This document shows positions 29,701 to 41,493 of a stretch of DNA of 64,000 bases, in pieces. Source of the stretch: Bugula neritina. Taxonomy: Eukaryota; Animalia; Bryozoa. How positions within the stretch are numbered: the first letter of the stretch is position 1; every line of letters starts with the position of its first letter. The notes beneath the pieces are model-generated. The model saw nothing but the letters and a program-made list of their open reading frames with translations. It was not told where the DNA came from and made no database searches. The stretch covers positions 7,946,698-8,010,697 of the forward strand of contig OZ037765.1 in the NCBI GenBank assembly GCA_964035545.1, written 5' to 3'. The translations under genes were made by a program, and so were the position numbers.

Positions 29701-32700
29701 TGCACCAGTCGTTTATTCAAACTACTTGGATGTTAAAGGAATGGACACGCTTCACATCTTAGAAAATGGTAGCCTTATTCTTGATGAATCCTTTGCAAGG
29801 CCAGTCAATTTAGCGTTAGAAAACCAGCTACTTAAAATTGTTATAACTAACCAACCTACCTGTATTGCATTTTATGATGAAAATGTTGCCACAACATCAA
29901 TATTAAGTTTCCTTTGGAGTGACTTGGCAAAATCTGCAGTTTTTCTTCAACATGACGGCTCTGAAGTCTTGACAACGCAGCTCTCATATAAAATGTCATA
30001 TCTGCACGCCGAGAGCGAAGAAAGGGAAATTACAATTAAAGTTCAACCCGTGAATGATAATCCACCGTCATTCAACTCTACAGGGGAGTTGCCCACTCTT
30101 GTGATTTATTCAGGTACGTTACTTTAGGCCTGCCATTCAGCATTTAAAAGTTGTATTTAATATTGATATATTACTGTGATTAATAGTATATAAGTGTTAT
30201 TGTGACATGCTGTTAATTTTATTTTTTATAAGTTAGCAAATATTTTTTGTATCCAATCCACATGCAAACACAAAAAATGTATGACTAGTCTATGTTGTTT
30301 ACTCTCCTGTAGCATGCCAAAAAAATTAACAAAACAAATCCACAATTATTTGTTTTATTGATGAAACATTCTGGGATTTTGTCGTGCCAACTTTATGAAA
30401 CAATGCATGAATAATATTACCTATTATTAATAGAAATCATGACATGTGACCTGCCACCATTATTTCATAAAACTTTTCCGTATCACGTATTTCGTTAGTA
30501 TTGTGTATAAACCCTTCTTCCTGCAGTTCCAACCCATGTTTAATGTTTATCATCCAGAGAAAAATGACAGTAAATGCGAATGTTTGTAGTTGCGCCTTTT
30601 TCTATTAGCAAAGACTAATTAGGTTGCTAGATCATAAGTCAGGTGTGAACTTGTTCACTAAGCTAGCCAAACCCAAATCTGTATTTAGTGGCTAATGAGA
30701 AAATCTGCAAGTTTTCGAAAAATTTGGTTTCTTTCAGTGTGAACCAGTCTAGACTCTATGTGTACCTAAACATGCTATTTTTTGTGTGGTGACACCTTTA
30801 TAATCTTTAGGTTACATCCTAGTTGTAAAAGTGCAGACAGTATTAACTGGTCAGATAAACTAATTGACTGGTAATTAAGTTGTGACCATTTCCTTTGCTT
30901 CCATGATAATTCGGAGGCTAAGCAACAATTAAGTAGGGCCTAAGTCGTATAAGGCTTCAGTGTTGCATTGTCAGTGCTGCATTGTCATATTAAATGTTGC
31001 AAATTTATGAATTGCTAATTAACCCTGCATGTCCAATACTGATAACTACAATACAAATATTGAATGAATATTTTGTTGATTTAAGTCAGTAAGTGTCCTA
31101 AATAGGGTACATTATTGATGGCATGGAATGTATATAGTGCCAATGAATTCATTTCATAAGAATGTGTGGAGAAATTTGTGCTTGGCAAAGCAAACTTAAT
31201 ATAACTTATCAGCCAGAATTTTCTGAGTATAATGGATATTGCTATAGCATAGGAACCTATAAGCTGAGTTACATGTTATTCAGGGACTAGCAGAACTCCC
31301 CTCACTAGTCAAAATCTGATGATTACGGACACTGACAGTGATACCAACACTGATATGCTTGAGTATTGGTTAAGTGTACCAGGGCCTGGCAGGGTATTGA
31401 GAAATGGGGCTCCGTGTGAATCATTCTCCCAAACAGATGTGGACGGTGGTATTGTGGTCTATGATCACCAATATTATCAAGGTAAGTGGGTACCTTTGTG
31501 CATGCACCTAATTTGAATAATTAAAGCCAGTGTCAATTAATTAAAGTAGCCATCTCAATTTTATTGTAAGCTGCAACAGCATTTAAATTTCAGTGCAGAT
31601 TAAATACATTTCAGTGTTAGATTCCAACTACATTATGCTATATTAAAACATATAGTATTTGCTCATATACTTTCCAGTTACTGCTGAAATAATACAAATA
31701 ATGGGAGTAGGTCATTTTTATACAGGTGAACATATAGCTACAACAAGCACTATTCCTATGATTATAACAGATGGTAAATTCACTGTTGAAGTCTTTCTAA
31801 ACATGGCTTTTGCTGCAACGGAAGGAAATGCTGTGTCGGTGAAAGTGCTGCAGATTACTCCTTCAGTACCGGCTGTTTTTATTTTGGATTCTGGGCTTTT
31901 TGAATATTCAGAAATTGCAAAAAGGGGGAAAGATGCTAAGTCTAAATCGCCCTCTCATGGCATTGTAAGCCGATTAAATCAGACATCGTGGATGTTTACG
32001 CCCCAGCTGTCTAACCATCTGTCTTCTAAACTTTGTAATTATATAAATAGATCTATTTCTGATAAATTTGTATTTAATTTGGCGCCCAGAAACACAAATG
32101 TGCTTATACATGTAAACATTTCTTATCTCAATATTGACCCAGACATTTTTTTAAATGCTTTATCAAATGTAAAAATAATTTCTGGGCAGTATATTTTTCT
32201 AAAAGAATTTCTTCTACCGAATTTCCAATCTAAATTGAGCCTTTTGTTTCAAAATTGTCGACGGAAAGCAGATTTTGGGTTTCAGGTGCTTTTAGTTTCC
32301 AAACATTGTGAGCTGAAAGGTTTGTCGGCTGACAACATTATGTGGTGGGAAGGGAATTGGACAGATTCCGGTCTTCTTTGTTTTTATAATAAGGAAATCG
32401 TTCTAACTGAGCAGCTGGTATTCAAAGTCGTTTTAAAACAGCACAATATCATATATGCTGGTTATAGAAAGCTTGAACTCAGTATCCCCGTGTATTCTAC
32501 GATTTCTTACAAATCCAGAATAGCTACTGGTGCAATGAGTAAAGAAAATTATAATTCTTCAACCAATTTTAAGCTGAAAAACTATATAACCAGCTACCAC
32601 AATGCTACATCAACATATGGTTTTTCGAACATAACTAGTTTCCCACTTTTACAAGGTCACTACACCGTCGCATTAACAGATAAGATTTTACAAGATATGG

Positions 32701-33839
32701 ACTTGTACTCTATAGAATCTGTGAACATCTGGCTGACCAAATATCCTCAATATGGAGACATAGTTTTGAAAGAGGAATCTGATGTTGCTATCCGAGAATT
32801 TACGATGAATGACATTATCTTGGGCAAAGTCTTTTATAGACAAAAAGAATTTTCAAAGAAAGATATATTCCAGTTGCTCATATTGAATTATATGCAATAT
32901 GTTGATATAGAGATATACACCAAGCCAAATATTGTATCAACACTTCCAATGATCGTAGAAAGTAGCACACCAAGTTTTATCACTGTCGAATCATTAGATG
33001 CCAGTCCCCTTCTTCATTTCTCGCCAACAGATCCCATCTATTATATAACCAAGCATCCATTATGTGGCCAACTAAGACACATATCTCACAACAACTCTCG
33101 TGATTTAAATATTTCGATGACGAGTTTCACCCATGCCGACATAGTCAATGAGCTAATCATGTATTACCCGCCTTCCGACATGCCAACTAGATGGAAAGAC
33201 AACTTTTCTTACACATTGATCTCTGATAACATATCACCTGCTGATGGAGTCTTTACTTTCAAATTGAGTTATTCTTTAAACAAATCCAGTGTTACATATT
33301 CTGCAGAATCTTCCTTTGATAGTTCTAAAGGATTATCTAAAACAATATTAATACTAGTAATAGTTACTTGTTCCTCAATATTTTGTGCCCTTATCTTGTT
33401 GGCTATATTTGGCTTCCAATATTTGAAAACTCAAAGAAGAAGACGAATAGTTAAGAAGGAAGTGTTGGCATCAGAACCTAAACTTGTTCTAACCAAAGAA
33501 AATGGTTCTTACAGATTACTTGTAACCAATGGGAGGAAGACATGCTCACTTGAAAGAACTCTATTAGGTTCATCTTCTAGTCAAGAAATAGCTCAGCAGC
33601 CAGAACCTACCTGTCCAGGGTCTATACTGAAAACTACTCATCTGTTAAATAAGAATGATACATGTTTTGAGTCTCATGATTATGTAAACTGTGAGGACTT
33701 GCAGCATCTAGTCTCCTGTCCACGGGACACAATTTATATAAAGCGGAGTGGGTTAACTCACGCCCCTGCGTTTGAGGACAAATCTTGTGAAAGCCTAGAC
33801 CAAATGCCAACTATTCAAAAGCCAATCTACCCTTGCTAG
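23765..33839 (+). CDS. CSPG4/NG2/kon-tiki-like type I membrane protein with CSPG (cadherin-like) repeats, about 1724 aa
   Basis: Exons 23765-23840 (signal peptide MKCFQASLLLATLAVLF), 24341-24586, 27573-30113, 31284-31481, 31726-33839, phase-consistent. Repeated CSPG motifs (FSQRDVN, FTQEDVNAG, YTHDGTETTADSW, HDGSE, PVNDNPP, FTHADI). Transmembrane segment ILILVIVTCSSIFCALILLAIFG followed by basic KTQRRRR. Additional small exons in the 3-kb second intron cannot be excluded. Confidence 0.8.
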
Positions 33840-35892
33840 TCATCTCGAAACAATAAAACATCTCGAGAAAAATGAAGTATATTTATATAAATTTATCTGT
33901 AATGTGGAGATAGTATTAGTTATTGTTAAAGTGTAACATTAATTGGATTTTTAAATAATATATATACTATTTTATATCTTTAATTTATTTATGGTGTGTT
34001 TTTTTATGGTTTTGCCATTGTGATTTATATTCCTTAAGTATTATCATGTTAGTTGTAACTCTTTTTACTACATAGAAGTGTGAATAAAATCGAAGAGTTC
34101 TTTCATTAAGAATTATTGCCATTGACTAGCTCATGAAAAACAATAATAAAGTTGTCTAGTTTATGTAGAAATATCCAGCAGTTTGAAAAATAGTATTATT
34201 TTTATATGAAAATAAACATTTCTTTTTCAAGCTATAGTGAAACAGCACAACTCTTTAGCTTAAAGCGCTTGTAATCAAAATCATAGCTAGCAGTCTTTTA
34301 TACACCTTTTTAATAGAAAGTTAGTAGTCATGCAGCTTTAATTTAGAACCTGTTAATATATTCGCTTGACTCAACTGTACTTAGAGCTTTGAACAGATAT
34401 TCTGGCACTGCGTATGTCTTTTGACACTATTCTTTTAGAGCATAACTTCCCATGTGTTTGATTATTATGCAAATGACTAGTCTTCATGCATTACAAGTGG
34501 ACTGCTGGCCTTTTTTTATAAAATAAAGTTTAGCCTAATTTAAACTTGTAGGGATGTAGAGATATCATAGTTACAGTAAAGTGTAAATTATTTTCGTAAT
34601 TTAATTCAAAAGATATTTCTTTTCAAAACATCTTTAGTCACTAAACTTTACACCAATTCAAGTCAATAATATTTGCTCATTATGGAGGCTAAAAAGCGAT
34701 TCCTATGTTATCAACTATTTTATGTTACAATAAGCAGTGAGAGCATTTCTATAGATTTTGGTAATAATGCTATAATAACCAACATACAATTCATGCATAC
34801 AAATTATTATGTCATGTTGTCTCTGAAGAACAAGCTGGTAACCTGTACTTTTGTTAGCAATACCTAAACCAAACACTATTATTTGTAGTATTCTATTCAG
34901 TACTATAGATTCATTGAGCCTATAGATTCAGTATTATGCAAATGATGCGCAACCTATACTGGTCATACAGTCATGTAGTTCATAAGTGTCTCTTGTAAAA
35001 ATGCCAAGAATTGTGTAACTATATAATATTTACCTACAATTTCTAGCATAATGTATTAATCATTTCATTACAAAGAGAATAAAAGAATACCATTATATTC
35101 TAATATTCACAATATCAGCCTTCTGTTAATCATCTTTTACATATTTAAGACCAGGTCATTCTGGAACAAATATTCCAAGTTGTTTTTAGATAAGGCATAG
35201 TAAGCCTCAATAATAATAACTATTTAATTAGTTGTGAAACTTCACACCTCAAACACCTTCGTTTTTACCTTGAGTTTGCTGAAAAACATTTGTATCTATG
35301 CATGCAGTTGTGAACATATATATTTAGTTTGAATTATCAATCAGACCGGGGATTTTAACTGCATATTAGAGAAACTTTATTGTACATAATATATACAAAT
35401 AAAAACTTATATAAATACTTGTATGTTAAATGTGAGAGAGCAACTATAATGCTTATATTGTATTACCCAAAAATATCTTTTATCTAAAAATGACTGTTAA
35501 ATAATAGTTAACAAAAAGTCATTTTCTTTATAAAGTATAGAAGAATAAAATGGGACATTCTTCACTAAATAAACCGGATTTTTGGCTAGATTAAGTTTAA
35601 TATAGTATAAATAAAGATTGGGTGATAGAGAAATGCAAAAGTCTTGAACAATACTGTGCATGTTTTATGCATTCTTTGAGAATTGCATTTAAAATATATC
35701 TACACTGATGGTTGAAAAATATTCCAAATGGGAAAGATGGTTAAAAATTATGCAAAAATAAAATAAGTTACAATGGCTAACCTTTAAAAGATAAGTTACG
35801 CGAGTCCAGTCTTCTAGATATAATAATTTTTTTACAGCAGATGGTGTAGGTTCTAATGCTTTTTAATACTATAGTTAGTCGTATCTTCTGTA

Positions 35893-36114
35893 CTACATAG
35901 TAAAAGTCTGTTCATGTGGATGGAACCAAGGCAACTGCAACTTTTGCAGAGTAGAAAATTTGCCAATTTTGTTTGTATACAGGTAGTTGTCATAGTGCGA
36001 GTAGATTGTTTTCATCCTCATCGTATCTTGTTCTAGAAATTGCGACTGAAAGGAGCTTCTTGTATCTTGAGTGTCATCATTACCACCACATTGAGATTCC
36101 TCACCGTCTGCCAT
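35893..36114 (-). CDS. Candidate orphan small protein (73 aa)
   Basis: The ORF starts 8 nt after a splice acceptor (TTATTCAG|GCAGCATTATGG, good Kozak context). An upstream non-coding exon ends at a donor CCAAG|GTAT (36475), and a TATA box plus Inr lie upstream. No family recognised. Confidence 0.5.
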   Translation of the reverse strand: MADGEESQCGGNDDTQDTRSSFQSQFLEQDTMRMKTIYSHYDNYLYTNKIGKFSTLQKLQLPWFHPHEQTFTM

Positions 36115-36509
36115 AATGCTGCCTGAATAAATATGATGAAAGTTTTTAATTTGATATCAAATACAAAAAATATATTCATGTAGGATCAGCATTTCAGATA
36201 AAGTTTACAAGTTCAGTTTTGTTTTAATCAAGCATTACAATTAGGCAACCGAGCTTATTAGTGTATATTAAAACTTTACTGTAAAATAATGTTTGCTAGC
36301 ATTATCTGTACGCACTGAATTTTATAGCCTACCAAAAAAAGTTGAAAGTCGTGATTTAATTATATTATATTGCAAAAAGGAAAAATACAAATATGCAAAG
36401 GTTATTTGAGTATATTTGTATATAAGAATAAACACAAATTTATTGCTGAATAAATAGTAAAATATGTTAAATACCTTGGAAGTTGTATGCTTGGCCCAAT
36501 ACTTTGTGA

Positions 36510-36548
36510 TAAACTGTACAGACTTATGAAATTGTTGCCTTTATATAG
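36510..36548 (-). promoter_or_regulatory. TATA box plus Inr-like core promoter of the orphan gene
   Basis: The minus strand reads CTATATAAAGG (36548-36538). TACAGTTT has its Inr-like A at 36515, 30 nt from the TATAAA hexamer. Confidence 0.55.
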
Positions 36549-38294
36549 TTGATCGTTTTGTTGAAATAATTTTACATTTTTTATATACCTGGTTTAGCAA
36601 TGCTTCAATGGGCATTATCCAGGTTTCCAGCTATTCTATCTACTGACGTATCCAAAGTGATATCTTTGGAATGCAATAAATACACAAACTAATATTGACG
36701 AAATACTACAAAAACTTGCCATTTATTTGTTTTACAACTTGTGCTATAAACTCAAAACAGGTTAAAACTTCTAGTAACGCATATTTTCAAAATTTATTAA
36801 TGTTAATAATTATGATTGATAACAGTTCACAAGTTGGTACACAATGGCGAACAACACAAATATTGACTGCAATTATATTCTTTGTAATATATTTTATTTT
36901 CTACAATACAATTCAACATATAAAAGCAGCGCTTGATATTTCTGCAAACTAATGGTTTATGTAACTTAGCACAATGATTTATATATGTAACTTTTTTTGA
37001 AGTAAAGTAAGGTTTGCGGAAAATATTTTCAACAATTTATGAATTGATACAAAACTTTATTGGATGCAGTTAGTAAATGCTTTTGCCGGAGTTTACTGGC
37101 TTCAAACAGTACTACTTACCATTGTTTACAGCTTTCTTTGTGCATAACAAAAACAGTAGCTCTTTTCACATCCAAGTTTGATTTAATTGTTAATTATTCT
37201 CACCTTTTGCTCTCAACTTTAGCAGCTTATGAAAGTCATTCCTTATTGATTACATTGTTTCTTAATGTTGTTGATAATATTAATAACCAAACCACAGTTT
37301 ACACATAAAAATTGGCCATAAAAACAAGTAAACGTTTAATAGAAATATAATTCAAGTCGTGTCATAGTTATACCATGCAGTTAAATTGGTTACTTATGGT
37401 AAGTAATACAAGAAACAATTGGTTTAGTCACCATTTGCTTAGATACAAGCTAGCAGTAACATATTATATAGAAATATTGTGAAACAATGTTGTTGACCAG
37501 GTTATTTATATTGTATGTTGTTTTGTTTTTAGCAGCAAATGCAGATGCTGGCAACATATAAAATTGTTTGGCTACAAAACACCTAAACAAGCACAAATCT
37601 GGAATTAGAAACTTGCACTTATAGTAAAAAATAAACTAATATTTCCAAAGTGAACAGCACCTAGCACCTTTTTCCACATGTACCTTTCAAAGTTGCCTAT
37701 GTTTTAATTTTAAATTTATTTCAGATTAGATGCCTTCATTCATAAAAATTTTGATGTAATTCACTTGAGTACCTGACATCCAGTATGATTTTTAATCTCA
37801 TGTTCTATGATAATTGAAAAAGTTATTACTTCAAATAAGGACAATTCCAAATTTTGTTCAAGTTGGCAAAACGGAAGTTGCATACCCTTGAATATTCACG
37901 CAAAGTAGTTTAATTACAGGGTAAGATAACTTTACATTGCAATGCTTCTTGGCTTATAACGTGCTAAATGTGCAATGACATACGTGCAATATATATTATT
38001 ATACTAAAAAGTCATCTGAATATCTGTAATGATTATTGGTTGGAGGTAAAACGTGTTGAAAGGACCACTAACAATTACTAAAATCCAATTAGTACAACAA
38101 GCAGTATTGACTTTAGCAATAGTATTTTTCCTGCTTGAGCTTTGAGCCCACCTCAAAATTTTCTCACAAGCAAAAAATTCATAGCCTCAATTAATTAAAG
38201 TTATGTAGTTATTGTAAGTTTGCTTTAAATATTGGCATAACCAGCCTGCATTAGACAATGAAGCATTGCTTAGAATTTCACACTAAAGATTTAA

Positions 38295-38640
38295 CAAGGG
38301 TTTCCAACCTTTTCAGACCGAGGGCCACTGAAAGGGAATATTCTGGTGACGAGGGCCACATCGTAAATTTCATTTTCAGTGGGGGGGAGGGGAACATCAG
38401 TGTTTTTCAAATTACTTTATTCCAAAATTTTATGAATCATTACACAATTAAGTCTCAATAGTTACTGCAGGTTGCATGTTTTGCAGCATATGTGTAGAAA
38501 TAACACATTTAAAAAGTGGTTTCCATTCTAATTCATGTATACCCGTATGAAAGCTAATTTTAGCTTTATGCCTTTGAGAACCACATAAATGTAGGCTGGG
38601 GGCCACATTCAGCCCTGGGCTCGGCTGTTGGACAGCCCTA
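38295..38640. mobile_element. Old hAT (Charlie-like) non-autonomous element
   Basis: Ends CAAGGGTTTCCAACC and GTTGGACAGCCCTA, with internal GAGGGCCAC/GGGGGCCAC subterminal motifs typical of hAT-Charlie MITEs. An 8-bp TSD is not recognisable. Confidence 0.6.
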
Positions 38641-39022
38641 CTATAGAACAAGGATGAACCACCACTAGACTAGAAAACCCTGAATAAAATTATATAAGCA
38701 GAATTTCCAAATTTATTCTTTCTATATTATTGTGAGGTATTAAACTACCCCCAATATTGCAATACTTAGACTAAGCAATTTTCAAGCTTACTAACTTATT
38801 GTGAGCAAATAGAGCTTTTCAAAGGCTCTTTTCTGGTGAAAAAATGTTGTTGGAACCGCTTGTCATCTGGTGTATAATATGGTGAGTATCTTGTCTATTA
38901 TTAGATGTGTATATTATACTTTCAAACTAGAAATAATATAATTTAGCCCTTTTATGTTGCACTTAGTTATAAAACGCAGATTTAGTCTAAGATATTATTA
39001 AAACGTAACCAAAGAGGCAACA

Positions 39023-39453
39023 GTGACACGACATTTCGAATATGATATTTGGAAAACACTTATTTGGAAAACGGACAATTCACCAATAGACAAGTGGAAA
39101 ATAGACAATTAGAAAATAGACATTCGAAAATGAAGAATATTAAACATGGACTAGTCTGAAGGGGCGTTCTGCATCTGGTCGGGTCCAAAATAGCTTTTTG
39201 TAAATATGTGCAATTTAAAATTGAAAATATTCGGTAACTTATTTTACTTTCATTATAAGCCTAACTGATTCAGACTTTATATTTATTGCTGAAAGCTATT
39301 TTGGACCTGGCCAAATTCTGACCACCCCTTCAGACTAGTCCATGTTTAATATTCTTCATTTTCCAAATGTCTATTTTCCAGTTGTCTATTGGTAAATTGT
39401 CCGTTTTCCAAATAAGTGTCTTTCAAATGACATTTTCCAATAGTCGTGGATTC
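39023..39453. mobile_element. Foldback/Mutator-like MITE with long TIRs
   Basis: About 170-bp imperfect inverted arms containing GGAAAATAGACA-type subrepeats and the shared core TAAACATGGACTAGTCTGAAGGGG. Flanks AGAGGCAACA / AGATGCAACA (9/10 identical) form a TSD. Confidence 0.8.
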
Positions 39454-39710
39454 AGATGCAACAGTTTCAAGTTAAAGAAATTGCTAATACTCAGCCTAAA
39501 AATCTACATAGTTTAAGTTCAACATCATACATAAAAGCAGTAATTATTAGAAATAAGGCTAAGCTAATAAAAGGCAAAACTTATCTGGTGTAATTTTGGA
39601 GCTAAATGCAAAATATTGATACCTTCATCTTGTCTCTGTATAAAATAATTGAACATTACAGCTGATTGATTCAATGGATAAAGTGTTGAATTTGTAAGAT
39701 GGTGTGGATA

Positions 39711-40189
39711 TAGCGTCATTCCAGATGGACACTTCCCAGTTAGACGCTAGGCTGAATTTCCCAGTTAGACGCTATTTATTTATATTGGTACAATATATAT
39801 TTTACGTGCAATTTATTTGAATATTATTTAAATATATGTATATTTGAATAAAGCACGTATTGAGCACATAAATAAAGTTTTTTGACCTGCATTAACACAT
39901 CAATTTTACATATTTTTTGTGCATTGTTTGAACAGATATTTTATTAATGAGTATTCATTATTTGAAGATAATGTTTATTATTAATATATTACTGTTTTTT
40001 GTCTCACCCAAATCTATGAAAATTAGAATATTATTCCAGATAATTCATGTTAGCCATTATAGCTATTAGCATTTTAGCTATTTAGCAATCAATGCAACAG
40101 TTATATAGGTATATTACTATATTATAATTATATGGCACCAAAATAAAAAATAGCATCCAACTGGGAAGCGTCTATCTGGAGCAAGCGTA
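39711..40189. mobile_element. MITE with imperfect TIRs and AT-rich interior
   Basis: TCCAGATGGACACTTCCCAGTTAGACGCTA (partly duplicated) on the left is the inverse of TAGCATCCAACTGGGAAGCGTCTATCTGGA on the right. Exact ends are uncertain. Confidence 0.65.
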
Positions 40190-41265
40190 ATGGCTGCTTT
40201 ATGGAGTTCTAGCTAACACCAGAACTCCTTTAAATGTCCAGGCAAAGGAGATTTGGGTTCATTAGCCAGTTTCTGTTGTTCCTAAAAGACAGCAAGTTTC
40301 ACATTCAAAGAGTTGTAAATAAGGTGTTGGTTTGAAATTATACCCCCAGGTTCATGTTTATTACCACAAAACTCCATCATAGTAAATGTCTGCCAGACTT
40401 CAAAGGGCTTTCATAAAGCTGTTACATAACACAAACAGATTAAATTATGCGTAATTGTTTTTAATTGAAACAATGCCTGCCAAATTGTGGGAAAACTGTT
40501 TTAAAATGGCTACTAATGCAAGACAAATTCATATTTTAAGTATATGGTAAATGAAACCAGACGCACTTTCTTTAGCCTGAGTAAATATTACGTATCATGG
40601 TGGATTTAGGAAGAAAAACATTAGTTTTAATACCTATTTGTGAGTAAATATGCCATAAACCCATTTGAAAACATTACAATTATTGAGGGTAGCTCTCTTA
40701 GAAATGGTGGTAGTTATAGTAATACAAGTTATCATAGTTAGATTCAAAAGAAATATTCAGTATAATTTTTATGAAGTTTGTAATTGTTTATAAAACACTA
40801 TTATGCTGTGGGACTTGTGGGTTATTGGTCCCCATCTAAAAAATTATTTGATTTACAACTAATAGCATAGGTTTCTAATATATTGAAATTATGTTGGACA
40901 ATTTTGTAGATAGACAACTTTTCATGCGGTTACCAAATATCTGTTCCTATTCGTAAAAACCTGCACGATTGAGAAATTAAAAAACCTCAATCTAGTTCAA
41001 AATTCACCAACTTCAAAAAGTGTTAGTATCTATTCATAGCTTGGAAAACTGCCAAGTTGAATCAAGCTCATGAACTTATTGTGGAAGAGAAGCTTTTAAT
41101 AATAAGTATTTATTTTAGATTTGAAAAGCTAAAATAAAGAAAAAAAACTGTTAGAAAACCAGCAAATGGGCTTTAAAACTTTTTTAACTGAGAAAGCTTC
41201 GAAATAGCCATAAAGGTGAAAGCACCAGATAGTTGAAGAATGTTTAGAGTATGCAGTAGTGAAGT

Positions 41266-41493
41266 GGTTTTAGGCAAAAATGGCACAGGTAATAATGGCA
41301 CAAATGGAAAAGTAGGAAAAAATGGCACACTGATGTTGAATTCTCCCAAACCCCAAACTCAAATCCCTATTCCCAAACCTAAACCCTCACCCTTAACACC
41401 CAGCCCCACCCCAAACCCTAATATTGAAATGTGCCATTTTTACCTACTTTGCCATTTGTGCCATTATTACCGGTGCTATTTTTACCGGACACC
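41266..41493. mobile_element. Small inverted-repeat element with an internal CCCTAA-like hexamer tract (Helentron/HINE-like or MITE)
   Basis: Arms with AAATGGCAC subrepeats and their inverse GTGCCATTT surround degenerate CCCAAA/CCTAAA/CCCTAA repeats. Confidence 0.65.
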
